A stretch of 64,000 nt of DNA from a bacterium. GTDB taxonomy: Bacteria > Patescibacteriota > Minisyncoccia > Phycocordibacterales > Phycocordibacteraceae. Numbering within the stretch: position 1 is the stretch's first letter; each line of letters begins with the position of its first letter. The translations under genes were made by a program, and so were the position numbers. The stretch spans positions 7,315-71,314 of the forward strand of contig JAHFMR010000003.1 in assembly GCA_023267755.1 (NCBI GenBank). Reading direction: 5' to 3'. Shown piece by piece: positions 57,789 through 64,000 of the stretch. The notes beneath the pieces were generated by a model that had not been told where the DNA came from, searched no databases, and saw nothing but the letters and a program-made list of their open reading frames with translations.

Positions 57789-58241
57789 ATGATTCACGAA
57801 ACACTGAAGAAAAGCATTCCTGACGCGATGCGCGCCCACGATGCGGTCAAGCTCCAGACGCTCCGCTCGCTTATTACGATGATGACCAACGAGGTCGTCG
57901 CTAAGAAACGTAAGCCCGACGAATTCCTCACCGACGAGGAGGCGCTCGCGGTAGTGAAGCGCGCAGCGAATCAGCGTAAGGACTCTATCGAGCAGTTCAC
58001 GGCCGCCGGCCGCCTCGAGCTCGCTGAGCCCGAGAAGCTCGAGCTCGCTATCCTCGAGTCCTATCTGCCCGCCCTAATGAGCCGCGATCAGATTGAAGCG
58101 ATCGCCAAGGCCAAGATGGCCGAGATGGGTGTCTCCTCTAAAGCCGATGCGGGTAAGTTTACCGGCGCACTGATGAAAGAGTTGAAGGGCCAAGCCGATG
58201 GCACTCTCGTGAAGGAGGTTGTGGATAACTTGCTTTCTTAA
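57789..58241 (+). CDS. yqeY: GatB/YqeY domain protein
   Basis: YqeY family sequence; TGTGaTATTAT -10 element 7 nt upstream of the ATG. Confidence 0.8.
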   Translation: MIHETLKKSIPDAMRAHDAVKLQTLRSLITMMTNEVVAKKRKPDEFLTDEEALAVVKRAANQRKDSIEQFTAAGRLELAEPEKLELAILESYLPALMSRDQIEAIAKAKMAEMGVSSKADAGKFTGALMKELKGQADGTLVKEVVDNLLS

Positions 58242-58343
58242 TATATCTGTGCTATAGTACTAAAAGCTGTGTTCTTTGATACGTGCTTTCGCGTGTCTTC
58301 CGGCTATTCCTCCACCTACAAATCTGAATGAAGGAGTTGCAAA

Positions 58344-58682
58344 ATGAAACAGGAAAATTTCCGAGGCATCGCTATGCACCCGGCTCACGTCTCTCCAGAC
58401 AAGGCCACCATGGTCGGTGTTTGGTTCCGAGGAGAAATCACCCCGCGTCAGCGAGAACTGCTGATGACCCTCAATGCGTCCAGCGCGCCCGGACATATCG
58501 GTGTACGTGCCGACTACACGAGCAGCGCGGTGACGTATCTGGGGCGAATCAAGGACAAAGAGGCTGCTCGGAGAATGGCCGCATTTCTGGCCGAGTCCGT
58601 GGCAGTAGTGACCGGTGTCCGATCAATCATCCGGCAATTGCCAGACTATCGCGCGATCAGTCGCGCGCTTGCCACGCAGTAG
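58344..58682 (+). CDS. Hypothetical protein
   Basis: SD GAAGGAG; promoter TTGCTT-17-(TGc)TATAGT at 58233-58261. Confidence 0.45.
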   Translation: MKQENFRGIAMHPAHVSPDKATMVGVWFRGEITPRQRELLMTLNASSAPGHIGVRADYTSSAVTYLGRIKDKEAARRMAAFLAESVAVVTGVRSIIRQLPDYRAISRALATQ

Positions 58683-58691
58683 GCCGCCATC

Positions 58692-58925
58692 ATGGCAGCG
58701 CTCACTGAAGACGAAAAGCGGCGCCTCGGAATCGTCCTCGAGGTAGCCGGCGACAACGAAAGTCGCATCCGCGATGGGATCATCAAGGCCATCCCTGATA
58801 TCCAGGGGAAGGGGTCCAGGAGTTACTTCTGGCACCTTCTGGAGACGCGAGCCCGGGCAAAGATTCGGGCGGCACGAAAAAATGTCGATCAGTGTGCGCA
58901 AAGACCTCCTTTTGCGTTGACCTGA
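58692..58925 (+). CDS. Hypothetical protein
   Basis: 77-aa basic protein 10 nt after the previous ORF. Confidence 0.4.
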   Translation: MAALTEDEKRRLGIVLEVAGDNESRIRDGIIKAIPDIQGKGSRSYFWHLLETRARAKIRAARKNVDQCAQRPPFALT

Positions 58926-59007
58926 ACGACATACGCGGGTAGCGATTGCTACCCGCGTATTATTTTATACTTCCTTATCTCGCTGTTTTCTGCTATAAAG
59001 CACACAC

Positions 59008-59079
59008 GGCCTCATCGTCTAACGGCTAGGACAGATCCCTCTCACGGATCAAATCGGGGTTCGATTCCCCGTGAGGTCA
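59008..59079 (+). tRNA. tRNA-Glu (anticodon CTC)
   Basis: Hand-folded: acceptor ggcctca/tgaggtc (one G-U), D arm GUCU-aacggcua-GGAC, anticodon loop cuCUCac, T-loop GGGGTTCGATTCCCC; co-linear with E. coli tRNA-Glu. Confidence 0.8.
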
Positions 59080-59096
59080 CAAATTCCGTAACCAGC

Positions 59097-60371
59097 TCAC
59101 ATCTTCTGCCGCCACTTCTCTTCTTGGCGCGCGAGACGCGCCACATCTCCCGCGTCGGCGAGGAGTGCCTCGACGACGCGTTCGGTGCGGACAGACTGGG
59201 ATCCCTTCACCACCACCACATCTCCCTCCTGCACCAACTCGTACAGCGTCTTAGCCGCTTCGTAGGAATTATCAAATGATAAGACTTCTGCGCTCCCAGG
59301 CTCACTCGCAAAGGAGCGTGCGCGGATACCCACTGTCACGATGATGTCCGCGGTAGCACCCGCTATGGGTGCGATGCGCGCGTGTTCCATCACCGAGTAC
59401 CGTCCGAGCTCGAGCATATCGCCCAGTACCGCGATACGCCGCTTCGCTCCCGGGAACGCTTTCAGTGTGGAGAGAGCTTCTTCCACCGCGATGGGTGACG
59501 CGTTGTACGAGTCGTCGATGATAATCGAGCCATTCCTCCCCGCGAAGATGCGGCCGCGACCAGGCGGCGGCACGTAGGCGTCAAGCGCGCGCAGAGCCTC
59601 TTCAAGCGGGATCTGGAACGCGTGTCCGGCCGCGAGCGCAGCTGCGGCTGGGACGACCTGTGTCCTCCCCACCGAGCCCTTCACCACGATAGCTCCCTCT
59701 TCTTCCCCACATCGCACTGATGTCCGCATCCCTACAACTCTTCCCTCTTCTGTATAGAAATCGATAGCCCCAACTCGTACTAACGCGTCAGCGGCACTGC
59801 CAAAGGAAGTCACTCGTGCTGAAGAGCGCAGTGCGTGTTCAATGGCATACGGGTCGTCAGCACAGATAATGAGAGGTGCTTCTGGAGCGAGCGCGTAGGC
59901 GGGTGAGAACTCCTCCTCGCGCACCGCCTCGGGAGAGGCATAGGCCTCTACGTGCACCGGCACTTCGGGGAGCCGCGTCACCACCACCATATCCGGCGTC
60001 GCTATTTTGAGAATCTGGGCGAGATCACCCGGTTTACCCGACCCCACTTCGAGCACAAGCATATTCGGGTAATGATTGGGGAGGACAAGGAGCGAGAGTG
60101 CGCTTTTTATCACCGAGAACCACTTAAGCGGATCGTTCCACGGATTCCCGACACCGAGGATAGTAAAGGGGACACCGAACTCGCTGTTGAAGCTCTTCTC
60201 GCTCTTACGGACAAAGAAACGGGTCGCGAGCACCGCTGCGACCGCGTCCTTGGTCGACGTCTTCCCCACCGAGCCGGTGACCATCACGACCCGCGGACGA
60301 TAGCGGCGCACCACTGCTCGCGCGAGGAACGCGAGAATGAGAATAGCGAAGAATTTGAAGACTTTTTTCAT
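59097..60371 (-). CDS. murF: UDP-MurNAc-tripeptide--D-alanyl-D-alanine ligase
   Basis: P-loop GSVGKTSTK, C-terminal GDMLELG...KGSQS; position after ftsI in the dcw cluster; short N-terminus. Confidence 0.8.
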   Translation of the reverse strand: MKKVFKFFAILILAFLARAVVRRYRPRVVMVTGSVGKTSTKDAVAAVLATRFFVRKSEKSFNSEFGVPFTILGVGNPWNDPLKWFSVIKSALSLLVLPNHYPNMLVLEVGSGKPGDLAQILKIATPDMVVVTRLPEVPVHVEAYASPEAVREEEFSPAYALAPEAPLIICADDPYAIEHALRSSARVTSFGSAADALVRVGAIDFYTEEGRVVGMRTSVRCGEEEGAIVVKGSVGRTQVVPAAAALAAGHAFQIPLEEALRALDAYVPPPGRGRIFAGRNGSIIIDDSYNASPIAVEEALSTLKAFPGAKRRIAVLGDMLELGRYSVMEHARIAPIAGATADIIVTVGIRARSFASEPGSAEVLSFDNSYEAAKTLYELVQEGDVVVVKGSQSVRTERVVEALLADAGDVARLARQEEKWRQKM

Positions 60372-60384
60372 ACGATGAGCAAGG

Positions 60385-62142
60385 TTACCCCGAGCTAGTC
60401 GAGGTGGCGGCTCCTGCTGGGAGGCCGCGGTCGGGCGGTACTGCGTAATAGTCTATGAGGAAATGCACGAGGTCAAGGAAGGTGCCGTCGAGCGTCTCTG
60501 ACGCATACTGAACGCCCTGCGGATCATTCGTGTAGAGCAAAATGATGAATCGTGGATTATATGAGGGGAAGAAGCCGGTAAACGAATGGAAATAACGATT
60601 CGTATAATACCCGCCGTGCCCATCGGTGAGTTGGGCGGTGCCCGTCTTCGCGGCCACCGACATCGTTGGGATCTTCGCTTTGCCGTAATCCAGTTTCTCG
60701 TCGACGAGCGCGGTCATCATCGTCGCAGTCTCGTGTGCCGCCGTCGCGCCGAAGACCGGAACTGTCTTACTCCAGTCGAGTTGTCGCTCGATGCCTGAAT
60801 TGAGGCGGATTGCCCGCACGAGATGCGGTTCGACCATCATGCCTCCATTAGCGAGTGCGCCAAGCGCGCGGATCATCTGTACCGGAGTCATCGCGATACC
60901 CTGTCCGTAGGCCGCTGTATCGTAGCCGATCTGCTGCGGCTTCGTCAGATTTGAAAGGAATGAGTGTGCCTCGCCCGGCTGATCAATACCTGTCTTACTC
61001 CCGAAGTAGGTGTCGAAGTAGGTGCGGAACTTGTCCTGTCCGAGCTGTGTGGCCACCCACGCCGCACCGATATTGAGCGACTGGATAATAATCTGCTCCA
61101 TTGGGATACGTCCGTGCCCCTTGTGGTCCCAATTGCAAATCTTTCGTGTATCTACCGTGACACAATCAGTATCGTCGTAGGTCGTCTCGGGTGTAATGAC
61201 TCCCGCATCAAGCGCGGCAGCAATAGTAAGCGGCTTCATAATCGAGCCGAACTCGTGCACACGCTCAACAAGCGGATTCCCGAGCAAGAGCGGATCGACC
61301 GCGCTTAAATCGTTTGCGTCATATGACGGATATGAGGTGATAGCGATAATCGCACCTGTCGCTGGATCCATAATGATGCCGCCGGATTCCTTGCTCGAAT
61401 ATCTCTTGTTCACCTTTGCGATATCTTCTTCGAGTCGTGTCTGTACCTCTGGCTCGATTGTCGTCACAACATCGCCCTCGTGCACGTCCTTAGTGTTCAC
61501 GAGCAAGTTGCCGACATTGGAAAAGAGTTCCGCGAAGAAATTTTTATAGAGAGAGTCTCCCGAGCGCGTGAGAATTCCGTCATAGGTCGCCTCGATACCT
61601 GTCTGTCCGACTAGGGCATCGCCCGAGCCGTAGGAAACGATGCCGATAGACTGTGTCGCGAGCGACCCTCCCGGATAGTAGCGCCAACTCTCCTTCAAAA
61701 CCTGCACACCCGACAACGTCTTTGCGGCAAGAGCTCGCCCGGCAGTATCCGAGAGATGGTGTGCGACCTCGATGTAGACAAGATTCTTCTTCGCAGCGGC
61801 GGCGAGAAACGCATCGTGCGCAAGCACTGTCGTCGAGGAAGCCGCCTCTGTAATTGCGGTATACGCGGATTCTGGATTGCCAAGCGTCTGCGGATTAATA
61901 GCCACCAGGAAGCCCGTCGCGAGTGTCGCCGCAGAAATAAGCGTGTCGTCCTTACGGGTGAAGTAGATAGCGCCTCGATCAAAGAGGCCACTCCCGCCAG
62001 AGGAGAATTGTCGGTCGGCCTTCTGTGCGTAGTCGTCTCCGTGGACGATTTGGAGGAAATAGAGGCGCACGAGGACGGCAAGTGCCAGGAGAACAATGCA
62101 GACAAGAATGAGGCGAATGCGAGAGCGGAACTGTGCACGCAT
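60385..62142 (-). CDS. ftsI: Penicillin-binding protein, FtsI/PBP2-type transpeptidase
   Basis: N-terminal TM, dimerisation domain, SxxK (SIMK), SxN (SLN), KTGTA. Confidence 0.9.
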   Translation of the reverse strand: MRAQFRSRIRLILVCIVLLALAVLVRLYFLQIVHGDDYAQKADRQFSSGGSGLFDRGAIYFTRKDDTLISAATLATGFLVAINPQTLGNPESAYTAITEAASSTTVLAHDAFLAAAAKKNLVYIEVAHHLSDTAGRALAAKTLSGVQVLKESWRYYPGGSLATQSIGIVSYGSGDALVGQTGIEATYDGILTRSGDSLYKNFFAELFSNVGNLLVNTKDVHEGDVVTTIEPEVQTRLEEDIAKVNKRYSSKESGGIIMDPATGAIIAITSYPSYDANDLSAVDPLLLGNPLVERVHEFGSIMKPLTIAAALDAGVITPETTYDDTDCVTVDTRKICNWDHKGHGRIPMEQIIIQSLNIGAAWVATQLGQDKFRTYFDTYFGSKTGIDQPGEAHSFLSNLTKPQQIGYDTAAYGQGIAMTPVQMIRALGALANGGMMVEPHLVRAIRLNSGIERQLDWSKTVPVFGATAAHETATMMTALVDEKLDYGKAKIPTMSVAAKTGTAQLTDGHGGYYTNRYFHSFTGFFPSYNPRFIILLYTNDPQGVQYASETLDGTFLDLVHFLIDYYAVPPDRGLPAGAATSTSSG

Positions 62143-62147
62143 ACTGA

Positions 62148-62441
62148 TTATCGCAATGCCGTAACACTCGTCGCCCGAACAAACACTTCCGTGGCGGGCT
62201 TGGCATACCCTTCTGCCAGATAATCAGTGTTGGTGATGCGCGTCACCGATGAGAGGTACTGTGACTCGAGTACAGCGACAGCGGCCTCATCGTTCTTGAC
62301 CGATTGGGAAAATTCCACCGTGAGCGCTGCATAGCTCATCACCACAGCGATGAGGCCGATGTAGGAGACCAGGAGCACGCCCACCGCGCCCCAGCTAAGC
62401 GAGAGGAAGGAGAACGGTAGGCGAGAAGAGAGGCTATGCAT
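62148..62441 (-). CDS. ftsL: Cell division protein FtsL-like (single-TM small protein)
   Basis: Position between rsmH and ftsI, single TM, about 97 aa. Confidence 0.5.
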   Translation of the reverse strand: MHSLSSRLPFSFLSLSWGAVGVLLVSYIGLIAVVMSYAALTVEFSQSVKNDEAAVAVLESQYLSSVTRITNTDYLAEGYAKPATEVFVRATSVTALR

Positions 62442-63387
62442 AGGAAAAGTGTGTTTGCATCACGCCGGAGGACTCGCTGTAAGAGACAGCTGCTGCTCGC
62501 TCAAACACGCGCAGCTTGGCGCTCCGCGCACGCCGATTCGCGAGAACCTCTGCGCGACTCGGTGCTATTGGCTTCTTAGGCGAGAGCACGCCGAGCCCCG
62601 ACTGCGCCGCATCGCGGAGCGCATTCTTCACGATTCTATCTTCAATGCTATGGAAAGAGATAATCGCGAGACGGCCACCCGGTGCCAGTGCTCCGAGTGC
62701 CGCGGCGAGCCCCTCGCGGAGCGCGCCTATTTCGTCGTTGGCAGCAATACGGAGCGCCTGAAATGTCTTGGTAGCTGGGTGTGTCTTCCCTTTCTGGTAC
62801 CAAACAGGTGTTCCCGCAGCAATAGCGGCTACGAGCGCACCAGTGGTGAGGATGCGTTCCTTGGCGCGCGCCGCGATAATCGCGCGTGCGATTCCCCGCG
62901 CGAAGCGCTCTTCGCCATAGGTGAAGAGGATATCGGCAACCTCTTCTTCAGACGATGAGTTCACGATGTCAGCAGCCGTCTCGCCTCCCTCGCCATAGGT
63001 CATCAGGAGTGGTTCGTCCTGTTGGAAGGAGAAGCCTCGCGGACTGGCGATCTGATAGCCACTCCAGCCGAGATCGAAGAGGATCGCGTCGGCGTGTCCG
63101 ACCCCGAGCCGCTCGAGGATATGCGTTAGATTACGGAAATTGTCGTTGACCACATGCGCAACTGGGCGATGAGGCCGGCGGTCGAGCGCATATGCCTCGC
63201 GCGCGCGCTCGACCGCCGCTGGGTCGGCGTCGATACCGACAATAATGCCCCCCTCTCCAAGCGCTGTGCAAAGTTCCTTGAAGTGCCCCGCCCCGCCGAG
63301 CGTGGCGTCGACAACAGTGTCGCTCGGCTGCACGCGCAGTGTCTCAAGGACTTCTTTCATAAGTACGCTGTCGTGCTTGGCTTCCAT
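62434..63387 (-). CDS. rsmH: 16S rRNA (cytosine1402-N4)-methyltransferase
   Basis: RsmH/MraW SAM-binding motifs (VDATLGGAGH); start at MEAKHD 7 nt after the mraZ stop; the longer ORF overlaps mraZ. Confidence 0.9.
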   Translation of the reverse strand: MEAKHDSVLMKEVLETLRVQPSDTVVDATLGGAGHFKELCTALGEGGIIVGIDADPAAVERAREAYALDRRPHRPVAHVVNDNFRNLTHILERLGVGHADAILFDLGWSGYQIASPRGFSFQQDEPLLMTYGEGGETAADIVNSSSEEEVADILFTYGEERFARGIARAIIAARAKERILTTGALVAAIAAGTPVWYQKGKTHPATKTFQALRIAANDEIGALREGLAAALGALAPGGRLAIISFHSIEDRIVKNALRDAAQSGLGVLSPKKPIAPSRAEVLANRRARSAKLRVFERAAAVSYSESSGVMQTHFSYA

Positions 63388-63394
63388 ATACAAA

Positions 63395-63823
63395 TTAATT
63401 TGCGTCTCCCAGCTTCTCGGCGAAGGCGTCTGCATCGCGCTCTATCAGGGCGGTGTATCTCTTCCACGCCGCCTCGTCCCAGATCTCCACGCGACTCGCC
63501 ACTCCGGCAATAATCGCCTTACTCGAGAGGCCGGCAAAGCTCTTCAGGTGATCGGGGATCAGCACACGCCCGGCAGCATCGACCTCTGCCTCCATCGCTC
63601 CGGCGAGAAAGAGGCGCGCGAGCCCGCGCGCTGCTGCTGTCCCGCCCGCGTGCACTGCGCGTCCCTCGGCTTCCTTCTCCCACGCCTTCTTCGGATAGAC
63701 GAAGAGACAACGATCAAGGCCGCGCGTCATAACGACAGCGCGGCCGAGATCCTTCCGGAACTTCGCCGGGAGAGAGATGCGGTTCTTCGGATCGAGTGTG
63801 TGCAGGTATTCTCCGATAAACAT
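63395..63823 (-). CDS. mraZ: Transcriptional regulator MraZ
   Basis: Two MraZ repeats with DxxxR motifs; the N-terminus matches MraZ. Confidence 0.9.
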   Translation of the reverse strand: MFIGEYLHTLDPKNRISLPAKFRKDLGRAVVMTRGLDRCLFVYPKKAWEKEAEGRAVHAGGTAAARGLARLFLAGAMEAEVDAAGRVLIPDHLKSFAGLSSKAIIAGVASRVEIWDEAAWKRYTALIERDADAFAEKLGDAN

Positions 63824-63871
63824 ATTTCAAAGAGTGAGTAGAGCGCGGAAACAGGCCACCACTCCCGTTTT

Positions 63872-63945
63872 CCACTTCATCCCACTGTCCTGCTAGTATA
63901 TACCACTCTCTCCCACCTCCCCTATCGAAGTTATCCCCACCTCAA
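63872..63945 (-). promoter_or_regulatory. Candidate mraZ promoter with MraZ-box-like GTGGG/GTGGT repeats
   Basis: On the minus strand, GTGGG/GTGGT at about 10-bp phasing (top-strand CCCAC at 63881, 63912, 63936; ACCAC at 63902) and a TATATA at 63896-63901. Confidence 0.35.
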
Positions 63946-63949
63946 AAGC

Positions 63950-63984
63950 TAAGCCCCAGACAACAGTCTGGGGCGGTTTTTGAT
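63950..63984 (+). terminator. Terminator-like hairpin at the window edge
   Basis: ccccagac-aaca-gtctgggg followed by CGGTTTTT; no obvious upstream plus-strand gene. Confidence 0.3.
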
Positions 63985-64000
63985 GATGGAACTGGACTAC

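Noticed and set aside
1-64000. CRISPR arrays, rRNA genes, transposases
   Set aside because: Intergenic regions are all under 230 bp with no periodic direct repeats. No rRNA-like segments or transposase/integrase ORFs were recognised.

Overview
This 64-kb window is a compact, high-GC (~60%) bacterial chromosomal segment, almost entirely coding, made up of housekeeping genes. A partial mltG opens the window, followed by an SPFH/band-7 protein, mnmA, a MurE-like Mur ligase and asnB. Next comes a DNA-repair neighbourhood: a Cas4/RecB-like PD-(D/E)XK nuclease, an Ogt C-terminal-domain-only protein, an orphan gene and ung. This is followed by an HD-domain (p)ppGpp-hydrolase-like gene, an M13 PepO-like peptidase divergent from a C-terminally truncated alaS, and a ribosomal/alpha operon (infA, a Cys-less rpmJ, rpsM, rpsK, rpsD, rpoA, rplQ, rplM, rpsI). 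Further on are a PurC-PurE fusion, grpE-dnaK-(orphan)-dnaJ, tyrS plus tRNA-Tyr, pyrD, trpS, an M19-type dipeptidase, aspS, pepA and scpAB. A first peptidoglycan/division block on the plus strand contains dacA-like, mraY, ftsW and murG, then gltX and a secreted coiled-coil C39-like hydrolase. The remainder holds a LOG-family gene, rpmA, an M15 peptidase, rplI, ctpA, a CorA-like transporter, cysS, dnaB, recR, a DEAD-box helicase, rplU, rmuC, yqeY and tRNA-Glu. The window ends with a second division block on the minus strand: mraZ-rsmH-ftsL-ftsI-murF. No CRISPR array, integrase, transposase or rRNA is visible. The most notable signals are listed here. (1) Pervasive leaderless initiation, with a TATACT/TATAAT-like -10 box 6-8 nt upstream of the ATG, including face-to-face divergent promoters about 45 bp apart. 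(2) A set of small orphan ORFs with canonical Shine-Dalgarno sites, their own sigma70-like promoters, terminators and lower GC, inserted between core genes. (3) An ATP-cone::Mrr-like nuclease fusion translationally coupled to mnmA. (4) A PAICS-like PurC-PurE fusion. (5) A candidate structured RNA between ung and the HD gene. (6) A CorA homologue with GIH in place of the GMN selectivity motif.
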